Below, piece after piece: positions 36,019 to 45,681 of a DNA stretch of 64,000 bases. Within the stretch, counting starts at the first letter, position 1, and each line of letters opens with the position of its first letter. The DNA is from Methanofastidiosum sp. GTDB lineage: Archaea > Methanobacteriota_B > Thermococci > Methanofastidiosales > Methanofastidiosaceae. A model generated the notes under the pieces. That model did not search any database, had not been told where the DNA came from, and worked only from the letters and a program-made list of their open reading frames with translations. The stretch is from the NCBI GenBank assembly GCA_035362715.1, contig DAOSDU010000005.1:19338-83337 (forward strand). The letters are read 5' to 3'. Made by a program: the position numbers and the translations under genes.

Positions 36019-37488
36019 ATGGATAATTTATTTGTAACATTTATTATTGCTTATAATCTTATGATATTAGCCTATTTTTTAATCTTGAATTCTTTTTACT
36101 TAGTACTTTTAGTATTAGCCTCACAAAAACTTTGGTATCACAAGAGAAAATTTCAAACTGAACGTTGGCATAGTAATTTCCTACCATTTATAGTAAAGTT
36201 AGATGAAGAAAAAAAATCTAAATCCTTACCCTCTTTAGCTTTTATTATGCCCACCTACAACGAGGAGAATACTATACTTGAGTCTGTTAATGCCATATCC
36301 AAAATAGATTATCCGCATATAGAGATTATTGTTGTTAACGATGGCTCAAACGATAATACTTTAGAATTATTGAGAAGATCATACAACTTATTCAAAGATT
36401 CTAGAGCCGTAAACGAGAAACTTCAAACTAAAAAAGTCACAAATGTGTTCAAATCTGCAATAGATGAAAGATTATTAGTAATAGACAAAGAAAATGGTGG
36501 AAAAGCCGATGCATTAAATGCTGGACTTAATTACGCTAGAAGTAGATTGTTTTTAGCTGTGGATGCAGACTCAATAGTAGATCCCGAAGCTATAGACAAA
36601 ATGATTCAAGCTTATCTTGAAAGAGATTCAAAAGTTGTCGGAATTGGGGGCATAGTTAGAGTCGCAAATGGCTCTAGAATTGAAAGTGGAAAAGTATTGG
36701 AAGCCAGAATGCCAAAAGAAATCCTTCCTGGATTCCAAATTGTAGAGTACATAAGAGCATTTCTTTGTGGGAGAGCGGGATTTAGCAAACTTAAAAATCT
36801 TCTTATTATTTCAGGAGCATTTGGTCTATTCGAGGTAAAAACAGTTGTGAATATTGGTGGATACAAAACGAATATACTTGGAGAAGACATGGAACTTGTT
36901 GTAAGACTACATAAACATATGAGAAAAATAAAAAAAGAATACGATGTTGTTTTTGTACCAGAGCCTGTATGCTGGACCCAAGTACCAGAAAAATATTCAA
37001 CTTTAGAACTACAAAGGATACGATGGCATCAGGGATTAATTCAAACTCTTCGTATCCACTGGAAAATGATATTCAATCCAAAATATGGAACTGTTGGAAC
37101 TATCGGGATGCCCTATTTTTTTATTTTTGAATTTTTAGGCCCAATAATTGAAATAACTGGTTATATTGCATTTATTGGTGGGTATCTACTGGGATTATTA
37201 AATATAACCTTTGCAATATTATTCTTTTTACTTGCCATAGTTTTTGGAATTCTCATATCTTTATTTTCATTATTAATAGAAGAATTCACTGTAAGAAGGT
37301 ACAATAGACCTTTTGATGTATTCAAATTAGTAATGATAGCTCTTCTAGAAAATTTTGGGTACAGACAAATAACTGCATGGTGGAGAGTTAAAGCTACCCT
37401 ACTCCTTCTTTTTAGAAGAAAAAAATGGGGACAATTAGAGAAGAGTACTTTTGAATCCAATGAAGAGGACTTAAAAAAATATAAATAA
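36019..37488 (+). CDS. Processive family-2 glycosyltransferase (PgaC/IcaA/NodC-like), membrane-embedded
   Basis: FIMPTYNEE, IIVVNDGSNDNT, AVDADSIV, GEDMELVVRL and LQRIRWHQG (QxxRW), flanked by TM helices. It starts 2 nt after the stop of the HEAT-repeat gene. Confidence 0.85.
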   Translation: MDNLFVTFIIAYNLMILAYFLILNSFYLVLLVLASQKLWYHKRKFQTERWHSNFLPFIVKLDEEKKSKSLPSLAFIMPTYNEENTILESVNAISKIDYPHIEIIVVNDGSNDNTLELLRRSYNLFKDSRAVNEKLQTKKVTNVFKSAIDERLLVIDKENGGKADALNAGLNYARSRLFLAVDADSIVDPEAIDKMIQAYLERDSKVVGIGGIVRVANGSRIESGKVLEARMPKEILPGFQIVEYIRAFLCGRAGFSKLKNLLIISGAFGLFEVKTVVNIGGYKTNILGEDMELVVRLHKHMRKIKKEYDVVFVPEPVCWTQVPEKYSTLELQRIRWHQGLIQTLRIHWKMIFNPKYGTVGTIGMPYFFIFEFLGPIIEITGYIAFIGGYLLGLLNITFAILFFLLAIVFGILISLFSLLIEEFTVRRYNRPFDVFKLVMIALLENFGYRQITAWWRVKATLLLLFRRKKWGQLEKSTFESNEEDLKKYK

Positions 37489-37629
37489 TTAAAGTTTGAA
37501 GTACTCTTTTGCTAGTTTAACAAGACTCAAAAATATTGCTACGTTGCCTGCTATGCTCTTTTCCATATAGTCTATTCTGACTTTATCGATTGACCTATGG
37601 CAGTACTGCTCTTGTATTGGAGAAAATAA

Positions 37630-38691
37630 TTATTCAAATCTAAAGGCCTTTATAATTATCTCAGGTTCTTCCCCATCAAAAGGAAAATCCCCCTTTTTAT
37701 CTTCATTTGAATCATATAACCAGAGATTAATATGCACTTTTGTTTCTGTTGTAGGTACAGGAATGTTTTTCCCAAAGAATTTTTTGTCAGCTATTATAAA
37801 TCTCCTATCATTAGTTGCCTCGTTATGTCCATGTAAACTCTTAAATTCTATTGAGTCTTTTTTCCAGTCAAAATAATGCACAGAATAATCTCCGTTTAAT
37901 ATCATTTTATATCTGTGAATAGTTTGTTTTTTTAATGGATGAATTACATACTGGGAATTTCTAGCAAGAAGATTTGGTAAGTTTGATCCCCACTTACTAA
38001 ATTCAATGTCTATTTCTACATTCTCATCTAAAATTTGAGAGTTGTAATAATAAGTAAAAAGACCTAAAACAATATTTCTATCAAATAGATCAGGCCTACC
38101 ATCAAGATAAAAAATATATTTCCCGTAACCAAAAGAATCCTCGGAATAAACTTCAGAACAATACCATCGGCCTCCTTTTTCTGTTATCTTTAGATGTAAC
38201 CCTTTTTCATCAATCCATACATTTTCATCGCTTTCTGACCAATAGTTAAAACTAGGCCCTTTTCTTTGATCTATACTATTTTTAATATACCAAGGGTAAC
38301 CAGAAAAGTAAAGTTTACTGAAAGAGGATAATTTATCATAGTTTTTATCATAAATTATAGATGTTATTTTAAAATCAGAAGTTGTGGCTACCCATGTAAA
38401 TTTATATTCGAACGTAGAACTATCTTTTATTTCTTTTATTGTTTTTGATTCAATTAGATCACTATTCAAGTAGCACTCCAAATTTATATTGTTATAGTTG
38501 GTGCCCTTACTATTATTGATTATTATTATAAATTCAACATTTTCATCTTTTTTTGGATTTTTAGGAAACCATGTTATATCTGCTATTTGAATGTTTGATT
38601 TTTCGCCCTGAGCTTGAATTAGAGAAATAAAGAAAAAACTAGAGAAAGAAATTAAAAAAATTATGAATAATATTTGTACTATTTGATTCAT
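37630..38691 (-). CDS. Secreted CARDB-like + GH16-like (concanavalin-fold beta-glucanase) protein
   Basis: A signal peptide is followed by a WFPKNPKKDENVEFIIIINN domain (CARDB-like). The NVEIDIEF segment matches the GH16 E-x-D-x-x-E catalytic strand. Confidence 0.65.
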   Translation of the reverse strand: MNQIVQILFIIFLISFSSFFFISLIQAQGEKSNIQIADITWFPKNPKKDENVEFIIIINNSKGTNYNNINLECYLNSDLIESKTIKEIKDSSTFEYKFTWVATTSDFKITSIIYDKNYDKLSSFSKLYFSGYPWYIKNSIDQRKGPSFNYWSESDENVWIDEKGLHLKITEKGGRWYCSEVYSEDSFGYGKYIFYLDGRPDLFDRNIVLGLFTYYYNSQILDENVEIDIEFSKWGSNLPNLLARNSQYVIHPLKKQTIHRYKMILNGDYSVHYFDWKKDSIEFKSLHGHNEATNDRRFIIADKKFFGKNIPVPTTETKVHINLWLYDSNEDKKGDFPFDGEEPEIIIKAFRFE

Positions 38692-38710
38692 TTTTACATC
38701 CTTAGCATAT

Positions 38711-38869
38711 TTATTTATCCTCTTCTAAAGTGTATTCAATGTTTTTTATTCTTTTCCCACATTTAGGGCATTTGTATGTAACTGTAGCTAAAGAACAACA
38801 AATTCTTTCTATTTTCTCTGTTTCTTTGTCAGTACCACATTCGCAAAATTTATTATTAAAAGAAATCAT
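38711..38869 (-). CDS. Small Zn-ribbon protein (52 aa); below the ORF-track size cutoff
   Basis: Hand translation gives MISFNNKFCECGTDKETEKIERICCSLATVTYKCPKCGKRIKNIEYTLEEDK*. It contains CxC...CC...CxxC. It starts 13 nt after the ferredoxin stop on the same strand. Confidence 0.4.
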   Translation of the reverse strand: MISFNNKFCECGTDKETEKIERICCSLATVTYKCPKCGKRIKNIEYTLEEDK

Positions 38870-38881
38870 TAAATTATATCC

Positions 38882-39070
38882 CTAATCAATTTCAACTAGA
38901 CTCATGGCTTCTTGAGGGCATTTCCTTACGCATCCTCCAAGACCATCGCATAAATCTTCATCTAGCACAGCCTTTCCGTTTTCAATTGAAACGATTTTTA
39001 GTGGGCATATGATGGAGCATACTCCACATCCATTACATTTTTCTTCATCAACTCTAACTATTCTTCTCAT
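38882..39070 (-). CDS. 2x[4Fe-4S] ferredoxin
   Basis: 62 aa with CNGCGVCSIICP and CDGLGGCVRKCP. Confidence 0.9.
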   Translation of the reverse strand: MRRIVRVDEEKCNGCGVCSIICPLKIVSIENGKAVLDEDLCDGLGGCVRKCPQEAMSLVEID

Positions 39071-39206
39071 ATTGCAACCTTATAAAAAATACTAAGATTA
39101 TATTTTATAAGATTATTGACTATATAATTCTCAAAATAATTGTCTTTCAATTTTAATTTTTAATGTATAATAGAATCTTGTATTGGGATTATAAGCTCCC
39201 ATATCT

Positions 39207-39950
39207 TTAGTTCTTTGTACATAAATATGAAGCAAAAAAATCATTTTTATATTCTTTAGATTCAATAGAAAACCCCGCATGCTCGATGATTTTCTCCATT
39301 ATCCAATTTGTTGTAGAAAATTCTTCGCTAATATGATTTACCATATTCTTTTTCATTCTGTCATCATTTGTTTGATTAATCCAGCATTCAACTGCCTTTT
39401 CAAAATTGTTAGTATCAAATGAAAAAACAACGTCGTGAAGGTAAAATTTGCCTTTTTCTTTAAGCATAGAATTAATATTTTTTAGAGCCATTAACTTCCA
39501 GAAATCAGGGAGATGGTGTAAAGCTATACTTGAAACTACTAAATCTACTGGTTTCCCTTCATGTTCGTATGATAAAAATCCTGCGTTGACAAAAGAAATG
39601 TTGGTAATCCCCTTATTACTGGCCTTATTTTTTGCATACTCAAGCATATTCTTAGATACATCCAATGCAATAATTTTACTACATCTTTTTGCTGCTTCGA
39701 TGCAAAATTCTCCAGTTCCACATCCAATTTCTAAAAGGATGTCTCCTTTTTTAAGGTCAATTATTTTTATAGTATCATCAATTTCCTTTTTGATATTTCT
39801 TAATTTACCCATTCTTTCATCATATATTCTAATCTCTTCGGGATCGTTATAATCTGTTCCAAGAGATTTGAATTCGTTAAAATAGTAGTTTTTATAGAGT
39901 TTTTCTGTATCTTCCATATTAATTCCCCTAATATCACCATTTTGCATCAT
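39207..39950 (-). CDS. Class I SAM-dependent methyltransferase
   Basis: ILLEIGCGTGEFC (motif I), IIALDVS and DLVVSSIALHH. Confidence 0.85.
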   Translation of the reverse strand: MMQNGDIRGINMEDTEKLYKNYYFNEFKSLGTDYNDPEEIRIYDERMGKLRNIKKEIDDTIKIIDLKKGDILLEIGCGTGEFCIEAAKRCSKIIALDVSKNMLEYAKNKASNKGITNISFVNAGFLSYEHEGKPVDLVVSSIALHHLPDFWKLMALKNINSMLKEKGKFYLHDVVFSFDTNNFEKAVECWINQTNDDRMKKNMVNHISEEFSTTNWIMEKIIEHAGFSIESKEYKNDFFASYLCTKN

Positions 39951-40033
39951 GGATTTTAAAGTGATACCTTACTCGATCAAGTGATATCTTTAATACTGGA
40001 AGAAATATAAATATGCCTAAAATATCTAAAGAA

Positions 40034-41974
40034 TTATCTATGTTTTTTTAGAAACTTTCTAGTTTCCTCTGTGTCAATCCAGCCTTTGTCAAGTTGCTTT
40101 ATCATATCATCTATTCTGTCTATTTGTCTTATCAGTCTAGCCTTTGTTTCTTCATTATCTACTTTTACTTGGATAAATCCACTTAGTATTGCTAGAGGAT
40201 TTCTAATATGGTCGACTAAGTGGGCGAAGTATTCTACATTTTTCTCCATTTGTTTTTCTGCTATAATTTTATCGGTTACATCTGTGCCTACTGAAAGAAT
40301 TCCAGTTATTTGCCCGTCTTTATCTCTTATTGGTCTGTTTGTCCAGTATACCCATATACGCTCTCCGTTTTTCTTTACATTTTCATTTAGATTAACACTA
40401 TATTTATCAACGTCCTTTATAATGTCTATTGCTAGAGTTTCCAGAAGTTTACCGGTACTTTCTACTTTGGGCAATATTGTTTCGGCCCAAGTTTTTCCAA
40501 TTAGTTCTTCTTGCTTATAACCAAAAAGTTTTAATCCAAATTCATTCATTGAAATAATCCTTCCATCTTTATCGAATTTGGCTATTATGCTATTAGCATT
40601 TTCTACGAGTTCTCTATATTTTTCTTCATTTTTCTTTAGTAATTCTTCAGCTTGCTTGCGCTTGTTAATGTCGACAATAACACCCACAATTGATTGGAAA
40701 TCTTTATCCTCTTTTCGTATACCGGATACGAATAACTCACCCCAAAATACGCTCCCATCCTTTTTTTTGTATCTTTTCTCAACAAAATATGATTCTAGAT
40801 CGCCATTAACAAGAGCATTTAGACTATTTTTGGTAATTTCAAAATCATCGGGGTACGTTACTTCTAAAATACTTTTGCCAATTAGTTCATTTTTTTCATA
40901 TCCTAAGATTTCAGATAATTTATCATTCAATTCAACAAAGTTATAATTGTTGTCCATGAGGTCTATGCCTACTGCTGCATTATTAAATATCAATTTGAAT
41001 TTATTTTCACTTTCAATTAATGCTTTTTCAATTTCTTTTCGTTTAGTTTCTCTTTCAATTGATTCTATGGCAAATGATATATCGTCTGCAAGTTCTTCAA
41101 GAAGTTTTATCTCGTCTTTATTAAAAAAATCAATTTCATTTGAATGTAAGAAGTATGCCCCAATTGACTTTCCCTTAATTTTTAGAGGAACAATTGCCAT
41201 GGAAGTTAACCCTGTTTTATCTAAATGTTCCTTCCATTTATTTAATTCTGGATATTTTTGAATATCATTAAAAACCTTAGTTTCTCCACTTTTTAGTGTA
41301 TTAAAGGTAAAGCTGTTTGACCAGTTAGTATCTCCAGAAGTTGCTTTGCCAAATAAAGATTCAAAATCCCCTAATCCCGCGAAGGCAACTGGTTTTAAGG
41401 TCTCTTCATCTTCGGTCAATAAACCAATCCATGCCAAAACAAATTGTCCTTTATCAACGGCTATTTGACATGCCTTATCAAAAATCTCTTGTTTATCGTG
41501 ACTTCTAACTATCATTTGATTTATGTCACTTAGAATAGTATAGATTCTATTTAGCTTGATTATTTCTTTTTGTGCATTTCTTTCATTATTACGAATTTTA
41601 CATTCTTTAAGCTCTCTCTCAATTGCTGGAACTAATCTTGAAAGATTATCTTTCATGAGGTAATCATTTGCACCCTTTTTCATTGCTTCGACGGCCAATT
41701 GCTCTCCTATTGTTCCTGAAACTAAGATAAAAGGTATGTCTATACCAAATTCGTTTAAAATTTCTAAAGCTTTGATCCCTGAAAAATTAGGCATTTTGTA
41801 ATCAGATATTATAACATCCCATTGCTTATTTGTTAAAGCTTCCACCATTTGTTTTGCAGTATCGATTCTTTCATAGTAAACAGAATAGCCACCTTTTTTT
41901 ATTAATCGCGCTAATAGTTCAGCATCGTCTACTGAATCTTCTACCAATAGTATTCTAAGTTGTGGCTTTTCCAT
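40034..41974 (-). CDS. REC + GAF + 2xPAS + C-terminal DHp/H-box-like helix, with no HATPase domain
   Basis: REC domain: ILLVEDSVDDAELL...ISDYKMPNFSG...DYLMK. A GAF-like region follows, then two PAS domains (SENKFKLIFNNAAVGI, EEKYRELVENANS). The protein ends with FAHLVDHIRNPLAILSGFIQV and about 50 more residues. Confidence 0.8.
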   Translation of the reverse strand: MEKPQLRILLVEDSVDDAELLARLIKKGGYSVYYERIDTAKQMVEALTNKQWDVIISDYKMPNFSGIKALEILNEFGIDIPFILVSGTIGEQLAVEAMKKGANDYLMKDNLSRLVPAIERELKECKIRNNERNAQKEIIKLNRIYTILSDINQMIVRSHDKQEIFDKACQIAVDKGQFVLAWIGLLTEDEETLKPVAFAGLGDFESLFGKATSGDTNWSNSFTFNTLKSGETKVFNDIQKYPELNKWKEHLDKTGLTSMAIVPLKIKGKSIGAYFLHSNEIDFFNKDEIKLLEELADDISFAIESIERETKRKEIEKALIESENKFKLIFNNAAVGIDLMDNNYNFVELNDKLSEILGYEKNELIGKSILEVTYPDDFEITKNSLNALVNGDLESYFVEKRYKKKDGSVFWGELFVSGIRKEDKDFQSIVGVIVDINKRKQAEELLKKNEEKYRELVENANSIIAKFDKDGRIISMNEFGLKLFGYKQEELIGKTWAETILPKVESTGKLLETLAIDIIKDVDKYSVNLNENVKKNGERIWVYWTNRPIRDKDGQITGILSVGTDVTDKIIAEKQMEKNVEYFAHLVDHIRNPLAILSGFIQVKVDNEETKARLIRQIDRIDDMIKQLDKGWIDTEETRKFLKKHR

Positions 41975-42430
41975 TTAAATCTCCTTAGGAGGGGGTTCAT
42001 TTATTACTAACCAATACAAACCAAGCTGTTTTACTGAATCTATAAATTGATTAAAATCTACAGGTTTTCGGACATAGCTGTTTGCTCCATTTTTGTAGCC
42101 ATTTAACAAATCCTGTTCTTCTCTGGAAGATGTGAGTATAACAACCGGAGTTAATGAAGTTTTTTTATTCTCACGGATTTTTTTAAGCACTTCTAATCCA
42201 CCTAGCTTTGGAAGTTTTAAATCTAGAAGAACTAGTTCAGGATAGTCGTCAACAGTTAGGTGAGAATATCTTCCTTTTTGGAATAGATAATCTAAAGCTT
42301 CTTCCCCATCTTTTACTACATCGATATTATTTGCTATATTATTCTTCTTAAATGCCCTAATTGCAAGCTCAATATCGTCTTGATTGTCCTCTACCAATAA
42401 TATTGTTTTGTTTTTCATAAACACCTCCAA
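41975..42430 (-). CDS. Single-domain CheY-like response regulator
   Basis: ILLVEDNQDD, VLLDLKLPKLGG, VVILTSS and YVRKP. It abuts both neighbouring genes with no gap. Confidence 0.9.
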   Translation of the reverse strand: MEVFMKNKTILLVEDNQDDIELAIRAFKKNNIANNIDVVKDGEEALDYLFQKGRYSHLTVDDYPELVLLDLKLPKLGGLEVLKKIRENKKTSLTPVVILTSSREEQDLLNGYKNGANSYVRKPVDFNQFIDSVKQLGLYWLVINEPPPKEI

Positions 42431-42985
42431 TCAAATTGTAAAATAAAATGTTGCTCCTTCCCCAACTTTCCCTTCTGCCCATATTTTTCCCCCATGCATA
42501 TTAATGATTCTATTAACATTTGCAAGTCCTACCCCCGTTCCAGTGAATTCCTCATCCGAATGGAGCCTGTGGAAAGGAGTAAATAGCTTATCTGCATATT
42601 CCATATCAAATCCTACCCCATTGTCTCTAATGAAATATATATTTTTCTCTTCTTTTACCAAAATCCCAAATTCTATGATTGAATTCTCTTTTTTAGAAGT
42701 AAATTTCCACGCATTATTCAAAAGATTCTCTAACATAATTCTCAATAAACCAGAATCGCCATTAACTATTGCATCTTTTACAATTTTGATTTTTACTTCT
42801 CTTTTGGGGTCAGATTTTTTTAATTCGGATAGTATCTCTCCTGTCATTTGACTTAGATTAACTTCTTCATATTTCATTGTAGACCTTGAAATTCTAGATA
42901 ATTTTAACATATCATCTATTAGATTTCCCATCTTGATTGTAGCATTACGAATTCTTTTGAGATAGTGCTTTCCTTCTTCACCCAA
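42431..42985 (-). CDS. Histidine-kinase catalytic fragment (end of DHp + HATPase_c); C-terminal part of a frameshifted gene with 43006-45681
   Basis: EEGKHYLKRIRNATIKMGNLIDDMLKLSR is DHp helix 2. NLLNNAWKF is the N box, DNGVGFD the G1 box and GTGVGLANV the G2 box. The annotated TTG start is an artefact of the frameshift. Confidence 0.8.
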   Translation of the reverse strand: MGEEGKHYLKRIRNATIKMGNLIDDMLKLSRISRSTMKYEEVNLSQMTGEILSELKKSDPKREVKIKIVKDAIVNGDSGLLRIMLENLLNNAWKFTSKKENSIIEFGILVKEEKNIYFIRDNGVGFDMEYADKLFTPFHRLHSDEEFTGTGVGLANVNRIINMHGGKIWAEGKVGEGATFYFTI

Positions 42986-43005
42986 TTCATTCCCATATTC
43001 TTCAT

Positions 43006-45681
43006 CTAAAGCTTGACCAATCCATCAATAGCCCTTAAAGGTGCTCTTAAATCATGTGAAACAGAATATGAAAAAGCCTCTAATTCTTTATTTATGATTT
43101 CAAGTCTAGCTGTTCTTTCTGCAACTAAATCTTCCAAATGATTTTGGTATTTTAGTATCTCTGCTTCAGACTTCTTTCTTTCAGTAATATCCTCAAAAGT
43201 AGTATATACCAGATATGGTTTTTTAGAATTATTTTTGAATAATGGAACTGCATTTATATTGATCCACCTATACTCCCCATAATTTGGATTAAAGACACCC
43301 ATTAATACATTACTAACTATGTTTCCAGTTTTTAAAGAAATCATTGAAGGGTGAATATCCCCAGGAAAATCTGTTCCGTCTTCGTGTATCGCTCTCCATC
43401 TTGAGTCCATTGAGGTTCTGCCCTTCATTTGATCTATAGTTAGTCCAAGAATCTTTTCAGAAGATGGGTTGGCAGATATTATATTTCCTTCAGAATCTTG
43501 GTATACTACTCCTTGGATCATTGTTTCAAAGAGTAAGCGATGTTTCTCTTCGCTTTCCCTTAAGGCCATTTCAGCCTTTCTTTCATCAGTGATATCTTTA
43601 CCATATATATTAATATATGATTCATTCAGAAACGGAACAAAAGTAACGGAAAATATCCTATCGTGCACAATAATGTCTTTCTTTAGTTGTTTTTTAGATA
43701 ATAAAGCTTCATTTATGAAATTAATAATCTCATTTGGTAATTTATTTCCCGTATTAATTTTCCAAAAAGATAATAATTCAGAACTTGAGTTATTTGCATA
43801 TAGCAATTCACCATCCAATGAAACTCTAAGAATTGGATTTGGATTTTCAGATGGAAATTTCGCTAATTTAATAATTTGTTGTTCCAGCTTTTTCTTATCA
43901 GTTATGTCCATTAAAGTTGTTATGAATCCTTTTGAATAATCTGAAGGATCTAAAGCACTTATGCTAGTAGAACAATTGATTAGAGTACCATCTTTTCTTT
44001 TGAGTATCGATTCAACGCCCATAGAATTGGCATTATTTCCTGAAGGGTATAATATTTTACCAACTCGGTCATATTCTTCTTCATTATCATATAGCACCCT
44101 AGTATTTTGTCCCACTAATTCTTCTGGACTATATCCTAATATTTCGGCCATTTTTCTATTAATCCATTGAAATCTTCGATCCTTCAACAGACATATTCCA
44201 ATAGGTGCTGAATCAAATAATACCCTTAATGTTCTTTCGTTTTTTACTAGTTCTTCTTCGGTGATTTTTCTTTCAACTATTTCACCAATTAATTTTGCAG
44301 ATGTATGTAACCGTTTTTTTGCTATGTCAATAATAAATTTTGGTCTAGTTTCATATTTATCCGCTTCATTGAATAATTCTTCAATACTTAAATTATACAA
44401 TTTTGAGATTTCTTTTAATTTAATTGGATCTTTGGGGGGGTCACCATATCCAAAATTAATTGAACCAATGATTTGTTTCTTGGCAAAGATGGGAACTGCA
44501 TAAAGATGGATACCTCCAGGACATTCGATGTCAGATGGTTTTCCTGTCTCGATTGCTACTTTGGAAGATTTAACCCAACAGGATTCATGACAATGCCACT
44601 TGCCACTTGCCAAAGCTTCTTTATTGTCTTTAGTATTACAAAGTTCTCGTGAAGCTCTATCTAGTTGTTTGCACCATCCCGAACTAAATATCCCATAAGC
44701 ATAGTCCCCATTTTTTTCGTATATGGCAGAAGAAGTTTCTAATAAATCCAGATAATCCCCTACAATATATGAAAGAGTTTCTTCTCCAACTGAATCTAAT
44801 ATCAAACGATTGGTGTTTAATTCTAACAAATTGCCATAGGGTTGAGCTTCCTCTTTGTTTGTTATTTCTATATTGCTACTTTTTGTCAAGAGCCATTCTA
44901 TTTTTTTGAGAGATTGTTCGGCTTTTTTTCTTTCCGTTATATCTTCAAAGACGGTAGCAAACTTATTTTTTTCTGGAGAAAATGCAGATATACTAAAACT
45001 TTTCCCCATTGGTTCATAATCTACCTCAAATCTAGTTGGATTTCCATTAATCGCAACTTTGTAGTAGATATCAAGATAAGGGGCCTTAGTAATTTTATAG
45101 ATTTCTGTAGCCTTTTTCCCAATAATATTTTCTTTTTTAAGGCCAGTAATTTTTTCAAATGCAGGATTAACATCTAAGATTAAATAATCAATTGGATTAC
45201 CTGTGTCATCATAAACAATTTGATGTAAAGCCATCCCTTCGTTCATTAATGCATATAACGATCTATATTTTCCTTCTGTAATATCCCTATTCGAAGCTCT
45301 TCTTCCTATTATACTATGTTGTTCGTCATATACTGCTTGACATTTATGCTCAATCCATTTTTCTTTGCCGTCTTTTGAAGTGATACGAAACTCAAATGAA
45401 TAATTGTCATCAGATTTTAATTCTTCTTTAAAATGCCTTGATATCTCAAATCTATTTTCTTTGTGGACAATCTTTTCCAATAATTTAGTATCTTCAATAA
45501 AATCGGCCGGAGTAAATCCAGTTATTCTTTCACATGATGGTGAAACATATAGGATATTTCCATTAATGTCTACTAAATATTCCCAATCATATGTATAATC
45601 AGCTATGGATTTGTAGAATCTTATTTCTTCCTTAAGCTGATCAATTCTTTTTAATAATTTTTCAGGGGTATTATTATCCAT
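43006..45681 (-). CDS. Multi-PAS + PocR-like sensor region ending in the H-box ([13 protein letters not shown]); N-terminal part of a frameshifted histidine kinase
   Basis: At least five PAS-like units are present. A Cys/His-rich block (WCKQL...WHCHESCW...[14 protein letters not shown]...IGSINFGYG) resembles PocR. The ORF stops 5 codons after the H-box. Confidence 0.8.
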   Translation of the reverse strand: MDNNTPEKLLKRIDQLKEEIRFYKSIADYTYDWEYLVDINGNILYVSPSCERITGFTPADFIEDTKLLEKIVHKENRFEISRHFKEELKSDDNYSFEFRITSKDGKEKWIEHKCQAVYDEQHSIIGRRASNRDITEGKYRSLYALMNEGMALHQIVYDDTGNPIDYLILDVNPAFEKITGLKKENIIGKKATEIYKITKAPYLDIYYKVAINGNPTRFEVDYEPMGKSFSISAFSPEKNKFATVFEDITERKKAEQSLKKIEWLLTKSSNIEITNKEEAQPYGNLLELNTNRLILDSVGEETLSYIVGDYLDLLETSSAIYEKNGDYAYGIFSSGWCKQLDRASRELCNTKDNKEALASGKWHCHESCWVKSSKVAIETGKPSDIECPGGIHLYAVPIFAKKQIIGSINFGYGDPPKDPIKLKEISKLYNLSIEELFNEADKYETRPKFIIDIAKKRLHTSAKLIGEIVERKITEEELVKNERTLRVLFDSAPIGICLLKDRRFQWINRKMAEILGYSPEELVGQNTRVLYDNEEEYDRVGKILYPSGNNANSMGVESILKRKDGTLINCSTSISALDPSDYSKGFITTLMDITDKKKLEQQIIKLAKFPSENPNPILRVSLDGELLYANNSSSELLSFWKINTGNKLPNEIINFINEALLSKKQLKKDIIVHDRIFSVTFVPFLNESYINIYGKDITDERKAEMALRESEEKHRLLFETMIQGVVYQDSEGNIISANPSSEKILGLTIDQMKGRTSMDSRWRAIHEDGTDFPGDIHPSMISLKTGNIVSNVLMGVFNPNYGEYRWININAVPLFKNNSKKPYLVYTTFEDITERKKSEAEILKYQNHLEDLVAERTARLEIINKELEAFSYSVSHDLRAPLRAIDGLVKL

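Noticed and set aside
37489-37629. A possible gene in the 140-bp spacer between the GT2 and GH16-like genes.
   Set aside because: The only ORF with a start codon is a 24-codon minus-strand one, and the longer open frame there has no start. This is most likely a convergent terminator region.
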